From an uncultured bacterium (GTDB lineage: Bacteria; Patescibacteriota; Minisyncoccia; Phycocordibacterales; Zambryskibacteraceae), in contig CAWBLF010000001.1 in NCBI GenBank assembly GCA_963789635.1, positions 59,568 to 123,567 on the forward strand: a DNA stretch of 64,000 nucleotides, read 5' to 3'. A program made the position numbers and the translations under genes. Shown in pieces: positions 19,021 to 27,860 of this stretch. Position 1 is the stretch's first letter, and every line of letters starts with the position of its first letter. Below the pieces are notes generated by a model that saw nothing but the letters and a program-made list of their open reading frames with translations, had not been told where the DNA came from and ran no database searches.

Positions 19021-19050
19021 CATCTAACCTCTGAAAACTAACCACTACCC

Positions 19051-19485
19051 ATGCGCTTTCAAGTCCCACAATTCATAGAGGTTGAAGATAAACTCATTGG
19101 TCCATTGACCTTCAAACAATTCGTCTACCTGGCCGGAGCGGGGGGTATAACGCTGGGGGCATTCAGTTTCTTCCCAAAAATTGTCGCCTTTTTGGTCTCC
19201 GCACCTATTGTCGTATTGGGGCTTGCTTTGGCCTTTTACAAAGTCAACAATCGACCATTTGTCATTGTGTTGGAATCTTTTGCCAGATACATTTTTAAAG
19301 AAAAACTTTATATTTGGAGAAAAGATGACAAAAAAGTGATAAAAGGGGGCGGATCCAACGCAGAAAACCCGATGGTTTATGTGCCCCGATTATCAAACAG
19401 CAAACTGAAAGATATGGCATGGAGTCTGGATGTGAGTAAAGGGGAAGCGGCTGACAACGAAGAAGGAATACCGAATAAAAAATAA
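19051..19485 (+). CDS. PrgI-family protein (small two-TM T4SS component, VirB3-like role)
   Basis: MRFQVPQFIEVEDKLIGPLTFKQFVYLAGAGGITLGAF followed by a second TM. This is the characteristic PrgI N-terminus, and the gene sits upstream of a VirB4-like ATPase. Confidence 0.75.
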   Translation: MRFQVPQFIEVEDKLIGPLTFKQFVYLAGAGGITLGAFSFFPKIVAFLVSAPIVVLGLALAFYKVNNRPFVIVLESFARYIFKEKLYIWRKDDKKVIKGGGSNAENPMVYVPRLSNSKLKDMAWSLDVSKGEAADNEEGIPNKK

Positions 19486-19491
19486 GGGGTG

Positions 19492-19593
19492 TTTCATGAA
19501 TATCTAATGCGGGCACGAAAGCGAATGGTGATTTAGACAATTATTGTTCTTGATTCGTTATTCGATTGTCCTCATTCAATATTCATTATTCAG
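19492..19593. repeat. GAATA/TATTC-rich palindromic intergenic element (copy R1)
   Basis: The right arm carries ATTCAATATTCATTATTCAG (19574-19593), 16 nt before the ATG at 19609. The left arm is a partial inverted copy (ATGAATATCTAAT). Confidence 0.5.
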
Positions 19594-19608
19594 TGTTAGA
19601 ATATATCT

Positions 19609-20256
19609 ATGGCATCAAAAGCGCGCGCCACACAAGAATTCGTTCCAATTGAAGAAATAAGGGACGGCATCATAATGATCAAAGACGGAGGGATGAGAGC
19701 TCTCGTCTTGGCTTCTTCCGTAAACTTTTCATTAAAATCCGATGATGAAAAAGCAGCTATCCTACTCCAATTTCAAGATTTCTTGAACTCTCTTGATTTT
19801 TCGGTTCAAATTTTTATCCAATCACGCAGACTGGATATACGGCCATACTTGGCTCTTTTGGAGGAGCAAAAGAAACACCAGATCAACGACTTGATGAAAG
19901 TTCAGATTAACGAATACATCGGGTTCATCAAAAATTTTACCGAAAACACAAACATAATGACTAAGAATTTTTTTGTTGTAATACCATACTCTCCAGCGCC
20001 ACTGCAGGGAAAATCAAACCTCCGCAACACCATAATGCCCCAAAAAAAATCGGAAAAGGCGAGTGCTTCAAAGGAAGAGAATTTTCAAGAAAACAGAACT
20101 CAGCTCGAACAACGTATTTCCGTGGTAGAACAAGGTTTGGTCCGCTGTGGTGTAAGAGTAGCGCGGCTAGGAACAGAGGAAATCGTTGAGCTTTTTTATA
20201 AAATATTTAACCCGGGAGACACGGAAAAACCTATTACTCAAGCGGCTCAACAATAA
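19609..20256 (+). CDS. Hypothetical protein of the T4SS-like cluster (precedes VirB4-like ATPase)
   Basis: 215 aa: QEFVPIEEIRDGIIMIKDGGMRALVLASSVNFSLKSDDEKAAILLQFQDFLNSLDFSVQIFIQSRRLDI. Its stop lies 4 nt before the ATPase start. No catalytic motif was found. Confidence 0.55.
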   Translation: MASKARATQEFVPIEEIRDGIIMIKDGGMRALVLASSVNFSLKSDDEKAAILLQFQDFLNSLDFSVQIFIQSRRLDIRPYLALLEEQKKHQINDLMKVQINEYIGFIKNFTENTNIMTKNFFVVIPYSPAPLQGKSNLRNTIMPQKKSEKASASKEENFQENRTQLEQRISVVEQGLVRCGVRVARLGTEEIVELFYKIFNPGDTEKPITQAAQQ

Positions 20257-20259
20257 TCT

Positions 20260-22086
20260 ATGGGAATCTTTGATTTTTTAAAAAGTAAAAAGAAAGGCGG
20301 CATGCCAACAGGAGGCGTCTCTATCTTGCCGCACGAGATATACGAAGCAAACACACTGGACTTAAAAGATATCATCGCCCCTTCGGCTCTCAAAGTAAGT
20401 CCGAAAGAATTGAATCTCGGTGAAAAAATTATTCGCACCTTTTTTGTTATTTCTTATCCGCGTTACCTAGGGGAAAGCTGGTTTGCGCCGATTATAAATC
20501 TCGACAGGGTTTTCGATGTTTCTATTTTTATCCACCCGATTGAAACTTCCAAAGTTTTGAAACAATTTCAAAAAAAGGTGGCGGAAGTCCAAAGCCAAAT
20601 TCATGAGAGGGAAGCCAAGGGCATTGTGCGTGACCCCATGCTTGATGTGGCCTATCAAGACCTGGAAAATTTGCGCGACAGTCTTCAACAAGCTCAAGAA
20701 AAGCTTTTTGACGTCGGTTTGTATATTTCAATATATGCAGAAAATGATCTAGAGCTGGACAAAATTGAGTCTGAAATAAAATCCATTCTCGAATCCAAAC
20801 TGGTTTACGTAAAACCGGCACTCTTCCAGCAAGAACAGGGGTACCGAAGTATTGTGCCGTTGGGAGATGACCAGCTTTCGGTGCATTCCAAACTAAACTC
20901 TTCTCCTCTTTCATCCTTGTTTCCGTTTATCTCGTTTGACCTTACTTCCGACAAAGGAATCCTCTACGGCATCAACCGACACAATTCATCTCTGGTCCTT
21001 TTTGACCGATTTAGTCTGGAAAACTACAATTCCATCACTTTTGCAAAGTCCGGTTCCGGTAAATCATACGCCACCAAACTGGAAATATTGCGCACGCTGA
21101 TGTTTGATGCTGATGTCATGGTCATCGACCCCGAACGTGAATATGAATACATGGCGGAAGCAGTGGGAGGAAGATATTTTAAGATTTCACTCAATTCCGA
21201 ACACCACATCAATCCGTTTGAATTGCCACCCATAGGCGAGGAAGAGTCCGGTGCGTCGGTCTTGCGTTCAAACATTATCAATCTTGTCGGATTGTTTCGA
21301 CTGATGCTCGGAGGACTTTCGGCGGAAGAGGATGCCATTGTCGATAGAGCCATTACTGAAACTTACGCCTTAAAAGACATTACCGCTGAATCCGATTTTA
21401 CCAGCGTGGAACCGCCTCTTCTCTCGGATTTTGAACTGGTACTATCGGGAATGGAAGGGGGAGAATCACTGGCTCAAAGACTAACAAAGTACACCCGTGG
21501 AACATGGGCTGGGTTTATCAACCAGCCGACAAACATCGATATAACCAAAAAATTTATTGTATTTTCTTTGCGTGATATGGAAGATGAGTTGAAGCCCATA
21601 GCAATGTACATAGTCATGCACTACATATGGAGCGCTGTGCGTAAAGAATTAAAAAAGCGGCTATTGGTCATTGATGAAGCCTGGTGGATGATGAAATCAG
21701 AAGACACGGCTTCATTCCTACTAAACCTAGCCAAGCGCGGACGCAAGTATTACCTGGGTTTGGCGACTATCACACAAGACGTTGACGACTTTATGAAATC
21801 ACCATATGGAACTCCAATTATTACAAACTCTTCAATTCAGGTTTTGTTGAAACAATCGCCGACCTCTATAGACAGACTCCAGCAAATATTTAACCTGACG
21901 GACGAAGAAAAATATCTTTTGCTCGAATCGGATGTCGGGGAGGGAATATTTTTTGCCGGACTCAAACACGTGGCTATCAAAATCATTGCTTCGTATACAG
22001 AAGATCAGATCATTACTTCCGACCCGTCACAAATACTGGCTATTCAAAAAGCAAAAAAGGATTTGGAAGAAAACGGTGGAAAATAA
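20260..22086 (+). CDS. VirB4/TrbE/TraC-like type IV secretion ATPase
   Basis: 608 aa with Walker A FAKSGSGKSYATK, Walker B LLVIDEAWWMM and LGLATITQDVDDF. The N-terminal domain carries the IIAPSALKVSP..L..G....RTFFVISYPRY pattern typical of Gram-positive-type VirB4 proteins. Confidence 0.85.
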   Translation: MGIFDFLKSKKKGGMPTGGVSILPHEIYEANTLDLKDIIAPSALKVSPKELNLGEKIIRTFFVISYPRYLGESWFAPIINLDRVFDVSIFIHPIETSKVLKQFQKKVAEVQSQIHEREAKGIVRDPMLDVAYQDLENLRDSLQQAQEKLFDVGLYISIYAENDLELDKIESEIKSILESKLVYVKPALFQQEQGYRSIVPLGDDQLSVHSKLNSSPLSSLFPFISFDLTSDKGILYGINRHNSSLVLFDRFSLENYNSITFAKSGSGKSYATKLEILRTLMFDADVMVIDPEREYEYMAEAVGGRYFKISLNSEHHINPFELPPIGEEESGASVLRSNIINLVGLFRLMLGGLSAEEDAIVDRAITETYALKDITAESDFTSVEPPLLSDFELVLSGMEGGESLAQRLTKYTRGTWAGFINQPTNIDITKKFIVFSLRDMEDELKPIAMYIVMHYIWSAVRKELKKRLLVIDEAWWMMKSEDTASFLLNLAKRGRKYYLGLATITQDVDDFMKSPYGTPIITNSSIQVLLKQSPTSIDRLQQIFNLTDEEKYLLLESDVGEGIFFAGLKHVAIKIIASYTEDQIITSDPSQILAIQKAKKDLEENGGK

Positions 22087-22109
22087 ACGTTTACTTATAA
22101 CGACACAAT

Positions 22110-23039
22110 ATGGATAGTGAAAAAGAACTGGAAGGATTGGAGAGGGAGGAAGCCAGTGAAAAGCTTGCTGGCAGTTCTTTGCCACCGGAAATGATGGCCC
22201 GACTTACCCGCGCTAGAGAAACGAGAAAAGTTTACGAATTAAACAAAAACAAAAGAATTCTTTATGAGGGTGGCGCTGGTGGCGCTTTCGGAACCGACGA
22301 ACAAATAACAAACAACAAGCGACCAACCAAAAATCTGGGGACACCAGCAGACAGTGATGACATAAAAAAATCTGTAGGAAATAATGGCAATTATCAATCG
22401 CCTTATGAAGGAAACAGTAGGTCATCTCAACAAACAAGTAACGATGATTACCCAACGACCAATAGAAAAAACAAACAAGGAGCCGAGGTCAGGAACCAAG
22501 AAGATCAGGAAAAAATTGAAGCAAATCGATGGACAAAAACGGGTGGAACAACAAGATCTTACCCCGGGAGTGAAGGCGAAAAGAAAAACAGGGAACCTAA
22601 AGCGATTGAAAAAACGACTGTCGGAAAATTTTTTAATGTTTATGGAAACATAAAAAAGGGTAGGGCGGTTCTTGGAACCACTAGTGTGTTCCTCATGCTA
22701 TCAACCTTCTTACTTTTTGATCTTACTCAAGCTGTGCTTAACCTTACTTTTGTGGGGGTTGTGCTTGTGCCAATCGTGGACATCGTAGCCATATTGACTA
22801 TGTATGTGTGGTTTAGGGGGAAAGGCGTAAATTTGGCTTCCCCCAAAAGACTAAAGAGAATGCTCGTTGGCGCGCTTATAGACGTGGTTCCTGTTTTGGA
22901 CGCCTTGCCCGTGTGGACCGGTACGGTTATATCCATAATGGGGACGCTCGAGGCAAAACCTCAAAAACAAGTACCAGTTGTAAATTCAAGATTAGAAACA
23001 AAAAATGTCGGACAAGAACAATATAAACAGGCCGCTTAA
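22110..23039 (+). CDS. Hypothetical membrane protein (charged N-terminal half, 3 C-terminal TM segments)
   Basis: 309-aa ORF with a low-complexity Lys/Glu/Asn-rich N-terminus. TM segments: VLGTTSVFLMLSTFLLF, FVGVVLVPIVDIVAILTMYVWF and ALIDVVPVLDALPVWTGTVISI. Confidence 0.5.
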   Translation: MDSEKELEGLEREEASEKLAGSSLPPEMMARLTRARETRKVYELNKNKRILYEGGAGGAFGTDEQITNNKRPTKNLGTPADSDDIKKSVGNNGNYQSPYEGNSRSSQQTSNDDYPTTNRKNKQGAEVRNQEDQEKIEANRWTKTGGTTRSYPGSEGEKKNREPKAIEKTTVGKFFNVYGNIKKGRAVLGTTSVFLMLSTFLLFDLTQAVLNLTFVGVVLVPIVDIVAILTMYVWFRGKGVNLASPKRLKRMLVGALIDVVPVLDALPVWTGTVISIMGTLEAKPQKQVPVVNSRLETKNVGQEQYKQAA

Positions 23040-23066
23040 GCATGTGAATTGTTCCTTTTTCTTTGA

Positions 23067-24089
23067 ATGGGCAGATTGTATAATGAGATGAGGATGAAAT
23101 TACTAACAGTATATTTTTTGTGTTTAGTTGCATTGTTTGGCACCCCAGTTTTCGCTTTTGCCCAGCAATTCCTGACCCCAAATACATTTATTCAAAACAT
23201 AGACGCTACGATTTCGCCCGAAATACCCGGCTCAAATCAACAAGTAACAATAAGTATTCAGGATTATTCTATAGACTTGAATGCGGCAATGATTGTTTGG
23301 TCCATAAACGGAAATAAAGTGTCGCAGGGTGTGGGTTTGACACAGTTTACTTTTCAAACCGGAAACAACGGAGTGACGTCCGATGTAAACGTCAGTATAA
23401 CCCCCAACGGGGCGCCCACTTTCACAAAGGATTTTATTTTTACTCCGTCGGATATCAATTTAATTTGGCAGGCCCTGACATATACTCCGCCATTTTATGA
23501 AGGAAAAGCGATGTTTCCCAACCAGTCAAAATTCACGATTGCGGCGTTACCGACATTCATTGAAAACGGCAAACTAATACCGAAGGAAAATCTTATATAT
23601 AATTGGAAACTAAACGGTGATGTTCTCCAGGCAAAATCCGGATACGGAAAATACTTTGTGACATTGGTGGGAGGATTTTTTGGAGGACCTCAATCGGTCG
23701 AGGTGGATGTCAGTTCTGTAGATGGGACACTTCAGGGAAGTGAGACTGCAACAATAAATCCATCACCGACAGAAATCATCGTTTACCAAAACCATCCTCT
23801 GTATGGGATACTGACAAACAATGCCATCACAAACTCATTCCAAATGACAGACAAGGAGGTTTCGTTCGTAGCTGAACCATTTTTCTTTAGCAATAATTTT
23901 GGCGTAGACCCAAACATTACTTTGAACTGGACGGTGAACGGCGAACCTGCCGGATCTGGAGCAAATGGTAATATGATTACTTTAAGACAAAACACCAATC
24001 AGACCGGAACATCTATGGTTGGGATTACCGCGAATGACAATTCCGGGACATTACAGCAGGCGGTAAGTCAATTTTCTATCACCTATTAA
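23067..24089 (+). CDS. Secreted hypothetical protein (beta-rich)
   Basis: The signal peptide MKLLTVYFLCLVALFGTPVFAFAQ begins 7-9 codons into the ORF. Repeated ...NW.LNG/NWTVNG segments follow. No family was recognised. Confidence 0.55.
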   Translation: MGRLYNEMRMKLLTVYFLCLVALFGTPVFAFAQQFLTPNTFIQNIDATISPEIPGSNQQVTISIQDYSIDLNAAMIVWSINGNKVSQGVGLTQFTFQTGNNGVTSDVNVSITPNGAPTFTKDFIFTPSDINLIWQALTYTPPFYEGKAMFPNQSKFTIAALPTFIENGKLIPKENLIYNWKLNGDVLQAKSGYGKYFVTLVGGFFGGPQSVEVDVSSVDGTLQGSETATINPSPTEIIVYQNHPLYGILTNNAITNSFQMTDKEVSFVAEPFFFSNNFGVDPNITLNWTVNGEPAGSGANGNMITLRQNTNQTGTSMVGITANDNSGTLQQAVSQFSITY

Positions 24090-24092
24090 AAT

Positions 24093-25142
24093 ATGAAATT
24101 ACTATTATCTTTTCTATTGGTATCATTCATAACTTTGTGTTTTGCCACCATTCCGGCTCATTATGCGATGGCAGTGGATAATTCCACTGGAAATTACACA
24201 CCGCTGGCGCCTCTTCCGGGAACTACAGTGGACACAGCGTGTAATCCGGCACAAACCAACCCTCCCGATCCCAAATGCCAAACCAATTTGACTACTTATC
24301 TGCCAGGAATTTTCAAACTTGCTATCGGTATAGCGGGAGTGCTTGCCGTAATTATGATTGTAATAGGAGGAGTCCAATACCTATCAACTGACGCCATCAG
24401 TGGCAAAAGCGATGGTAAGGAAAAAATTACAAATGCCCTCATAGGACTGCTCTTGGCCATAGGAGCATTCGTCATTTTGAATACCATTAATCCGGGGACT
24501 CTGAGCCTAACATTGGGTCTCAAGCCCATATCTCTTACGCCTACAGGACAGCCATTAACACCGACAACGCCGTCGACACCAAGTGCAAACGGTGGCGCCC
24601 TCACCGCCAACTGTCCGTTACCTAAGTCTAAGGGTGGTGGAACGGTACAATGTACCTGTAGTAGCAATTGTGTCAATGGATCATCAGCCCTTGTCTTTAA
24701 ACCTGGTCCGCAAACAAATACCGACTTGTCATCGACCTTGCTTAACAAACTTTCGCAAGTGCCAAATGACACAACAGTCAATCTGCCGAGCGCAGCCAAT
24801 GGGGGCGCTGGTTATAGTGTTTATATAAGTTGGCAAGTTACAGAGGCATGGCCTCCAACAGTGGGACACAAAGATCTTTGTCACTTTATCGGCACTTGTG
24901 TTGATTTGAACACAATACCGGCATTTGTCTCCGGTTCCAAACCGTCTCAATATGTAGTCTTACAATTGGCCGCATTGGCAAACCAACTAAAAAATCAGGG
25001 GTTTAGCGATGTTATTTATGAAGTATCTCAGTCCGACTACAACGCTTTAATGAGTGCCGGAAAATTGTATCAAGTGGATATGAGCTTCCTGCATTTGGAA
25101 TATGACACCACAACCGCGCCAAGTTTTCATGTGAAATTATAA
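24093..25142 (+). CDS. T4SS-pilin-like (TrbC/VirB2-type) N-terminal domain fused to a LAS/M15-like peptidase-like C-terminal domain
   Basis: Signal peptide, then YTPLAPLPG...LTTYLPGIFKLAIGIAGVLAVIMIVIGGVQYLSTDAISGKSDGKEKITNALIGLLLAIGAFVILNTINPG (two-TM pilin-like module). A PT linker follows. The C-terminal domain carries CHFIGTCVD (H-x2-G-x3-D spacing as in SxHxxGxAxD) and a terminal FHV. Confidence 0.55.
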   Translation: MKLLLSFLLVSFITLCFATIPAHYAMAVDNSTGNYTPLAPLPGTTVDTACNPAQTNPPDPKCQTNLTTYLPGIFKLAIGIAGVLAVIMIVIGGVQYLSTDAISGKSDGKEKITNALIGLLLAIGAFVILNTINPGTLSLTLGLKPISLTPTGQPLTPTTPSTPSANGGALTANCPLPKSKGGGTVQCTCSSNCVNGSSALVFKPGPQTNTDLSSTLLNKLSQVPNDTTVNLPSAANGGAGYSVYISWQVTEAWPPTVGHKDLCHFIGTCVDLNTIPAFVSGSKPSQYVVLQLAALANQLKNQGFSDVIYEVSQSDYNALMSAGKLYQVDMSFLHLEYDTTTAPSFHVKL

Positions 25143-25146
25143 TAAT

Positions 25147-26373
25147 ATGAATAAGAAAACCATATACATAATAATCGGTTCGGTCGTCATAATAGCCTTT
25201 GGTTTGATAATTTATTTTTGGCTGAACAGTTCAAAACCAAACACATCGACCCCAAGCGGTTCTCCCTTTGGTAATGGCGGGGCCAATGCATCGGCAAATC
25301 AAAACCAGCCGTCAAATAGTGGCGCAAGCGGAATTCAAACTTCATCAAGCAGTAGCACCCCTGTTTCGGGATTGCGAGAGATTGCTGTTGGTCCGGTGTC
25401 GGGCGCGACTATTTTTGCGGGCGCCAGCTCCACCACAGTCCGTTACGTTGATAGAACTACCGGAAATATTTATGAATACAACACCGAAACAAACGCAACA
25501 AACCGAATCACAAACACCACTATGCCAAAAATCGTAGAAGTGGCGTGGGGTAACAAAGGCAACAGCATGGTTATGAGGTTTCTCAACGGATCAAAGATTG
25601 AAAGCTATTTCGGGATAGTTTCCCCGATGACGGCTACAACTACGAATGATTCGCTGGCTGAACTCTCGGGCAACTACCTGCCGGAAAACATAAACGCGCT
25701 ATTATTTTCTCCTCTGAAAGACAAGATTTTCTACACCGTGCCGTCAGTTGTCGGTATTGACGGGTTTGTTGCTGATAAAAATGGGAGCAACGCTAAAAGC
25801 GTATGGCAATTCCCAACGACAGAATGGATGCCACAGTGGGTAACAGAAAACAGCCTGTCGCTTACAACAAAGGCTTCAAACGGGGTCCCAGGAAGCTCAT
25901 TTATACTCAATTTGAAAACCGAGGCCTTTTCCCCGATCATTTCTAACCTCCCGGGACTTACCACATTAGTAAATCCTGATGGAAACTTGGTATTGTATTC
26001 CCAATCTCAAGGTTCAAATATTTCACTTTATCTTTACAATACAAAAAATGACCAAACTGCAGAAATGCCGTTTGTCACTCTCCCGGAAAAGTGTCTCTGG
26101 GAAAACATTTCGACCTTCTTTTGCGCCGTACCAAATAGCGGGATGGGTGGGGACATCCCTGACGCATGGTATCAAGGGCTCACTTCGTTTAATGATTATA
26201 TCTGGCAGGGAACGGTGTCGGAGACAAGTTCAACGAAAAATACCGCTTCTGTAATAAGCACCATGGAAGGCAATTCCATTGACGCCATAAATCTCGCATT
26301 AAGTCCTGACAACAAAACTCTTATTTTTGAAAACAAAAAAGATTATTCTTTGTGGTTGTTGCCAATACAATAA
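25147..26373 (+). CDS. N-terminally anchored hypothetical protein (probable beta-propeller ectodomain)
   Basis: 408 aa with the TM segment IYIIIGSVVIIAFGLIIYFWL and a Ser/Asn-rich linker. Repeated strand-like segments follow (VRYVDRTTGNIYEYN..., LVLYSQSQGSNISLYLYN...). Confidence 0.5.
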   Translation: MNKKTIYIIIGSVVIIAFGLIIYFWLNSSKPNTSTPSGSPFGNGGANASANQNQPSNSGASGIQTSSSSSTPVSGLREIAVGPVSGATIFAGASSTTVRYVDRTTGNIYEYNTETNATNRITNTTMPKIVEVAWGNKGNSMVMRFLNGSKIESYFGIVSPMTATTTNDSLAELSGNYLPENINALLFSPLKDKIFYTVPSVVGIDGFVADKNGSNAKSVWQFPTTEWMPQWVTENSLSLTTKASNGVPGSSFILNLKTEAFSPIISNLPGLTTLVNPDGNLVLYSQSQGSNISLYLYNTKNDQTAEMPFVTLPEKCLWENISTFFCAVPNSGMGGDIPDAWYQGLTSFNDYIWQGTVSETSSTKNTASVISTMEGNSIDAINLALSPDNKTLIFENKKDYSLWLLPIQ

Positions 26374-26400
26374 ACCCCGTTGGGAAATGATATTGAAAAT

Positions 26401-27132
26401 TTAGACTTTCTTATTTCTTCTGGCTCTTCTCAAAGATATTTCTTGAGCCATAGTAAACACGTTGCTAGTAAACCAGTATATGGCCACTACTCCAGATATT
26501 GAATAAGAAATAAAACCAACAACAAAAGGGTAGATGTAACGCATTTGCATATTCATACTTCTGGCCAAGTCATCTTTAAAAGACGGTTCTGACCCTTGGG
26601 CTCTTTTTGGAGTGGGTGGCATAGAATAGCGCATTTGGAAAAAACTTGAGAGCGCGGCAATGACAGCCAAAGTAATACTTTTTTGGGTGATGTTTATCAA
26701 TCCCAAAAAATTCATATTGATATTGAGGTTGTGTGGAGCAAACGAATACAAAAGGTCCGTGTTTAGGGTGGGGAAACCGGTACGGAGAAACACAAAATAT
26801 AAAGCAAGAATGATTGGAATTTGAATAAGTATCACCACTATGCTTGAAAATGGATTTATCTTTTTATCCTTATACAAAGCCATTGTAAGTCTGGCTTGTT
26901 CCTGTTTGTTGTCTTGATATTTATCCCTGATGGCCTTGAGCTCCGGCTCAATAGCCTTGAGCTCCATCTGGGCATATACAGCTTTGCGGGAAAGGGGAAA
27001 GAGGGCTAACTTTACCAAAATTGTAAAAATGATAATGATAACTCCCGCATCAAACCACGGCAAAACACTCATCAATACGATGAAGGCGTTGTATAGTGGT
27101 CTCAGGAGGATGGTTGTGAATAGGGCTCCCAT
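26401..27132 (-). CDS. yidC: Membrane protein insertase YidC (short form)
   Basis: 243 aa with five TM segments and the pattern ILVKLALFPLSRKAVYAQMELKAIEPELKAIRDKY...NPFSS. It lies in the conserved position next to rnpA-rpmH. Confidence 0.9.
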   Translation of the reverse strand: MGALFTTILLRPLYNAFIVLMSVLPWFDAGVIIIIFTILVKLALFPLSRKAVYAQMELKAIEPELKAIRDKYQDNKQEQARLTMALYKDKKINPFSSIVVILIQIPIILALYFVFLRTGFPTLNTDLLYSFAPHNLNINMNFLGLINITQKSITLAVIAALSSFFQMRYSMPPTPKRAQGSEPSFKDDLARSMNMQMRYIYPFVVGFISYSISGVVAIYWFTSNVFTMAQEISLRRARRNKKV

Positions 27133-27168
27133 ATAATGAATACAATATTACCTTAATATTAGAAGTAA

Positions 27169-27507
27169 TTACAGAAGCCCCGCGGAAACAAAAATCTTCT
27201 TCAGATGATTGTGAATTTCCGCAGATGACAGATTTTTCACTTCCGCTTTTGGATACAAAAGACAAACAAATCCAGGTTTGCTTTTTAAAATAAACTCTCT
27301 TGCTGTGCCGAGAATTTTGCGACGAATACGATTGCGAACTACCGCTCTCAACGCCACTTTTTTTGAAACCACAACACTGAGACGCGTCGGTTCGGTAATT
27401 TTGTTTCTTACCACACGAAGAGTGATTGGTCCACTAAAAAAACTTCCGGAAGGATTTCGAAAAAGAGGAAATAATGATTTCGAAACACGTCGGTGTCGCG
27501 CAAGCAT
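27169..27507 (-). CDS. rnpA: Ribonuclease P protein component
   Basis: 112 aa, basic, with ...VSKKVALRAVVRNRIRRKI (RNR motif). It sits between rpmH and yidC. Confidence 0.85.
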   Translation of the reverse strand: MLARHRRVSKSLFPLFRNPSGSFFSGPITLRVVRNKITEPTRLSVVVSKKVALRAVVRNRIRRKILGTAREFILKSKPGFVCLLYPKAEVKNLSSAEIHNHLKKIFVSAGLL

Positions 27508-27512
27508 AGGTT

Positions 27513-27647
27513 CTAGACGGAAACCTTTTTTCTTCCTTTTTGCATTCGTCGTTTAAGGGTTTTTCTTCCGCCCGGGGTGGCGCTGCGCTTCAAAAAACCG
27601 TGGGCTCGAGCTCTTTTTCTTTTTTTTGGTTGATATGTTTGTGACAT
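27513..27647 (-). CDS. rpmH: 50S ribosomal protein L34
   Basis: Not in the ORF track (44 aa). My own translation gives [44 protein letters not shown], a canonical L34. Confidence 0.9.
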   Translation of the reverse strand: MSQTYQPKKRKRARAHGFLKRSATPGGRKTLKRRMQKGRKKVSV

Positions 27648-27860
27648 GGCGTACATAGTAACAAATAATTGATAACTTACAACTGGTTACTGATAATAAG
27701 AAACACCCTATTGATTTTTGTTACAAGTTGTTGGTTATTGATTAAAAAGTTATTTATTGTCCCCAACTTATCAACATAATTTTGTGTTGTGGACAAGTTT
27801 TCGGGCTTTTTATTCGGTATATACTAGTGGATACAAAGTTAATGAAACTCTAAAAACACT
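27648..27860. promoter_or_regulatory. rpmH-dnaA intergenic region with DnaA-box-like 9-mers (dnaA promoter / oriC part 1)
   Basis: TTATCAACA (27768-27776), TGTGGACAA (27788-27796; reverse complement TTGTCCACA) and AGTGGATAC (27826-27834). Confidence 0.6.

Noticed and set aside
18631-19050. Terminal inverted repeats around the four-helix-bundle gene as proof of mobility
   Set aside because: Only a 7-nt exact inverted match (TTAGATG / CATCTAA) plus a shared GTTAG-rich composition was found. This is too weak to call terminal inverted repeats, so it is kept only as a low-interest context note.
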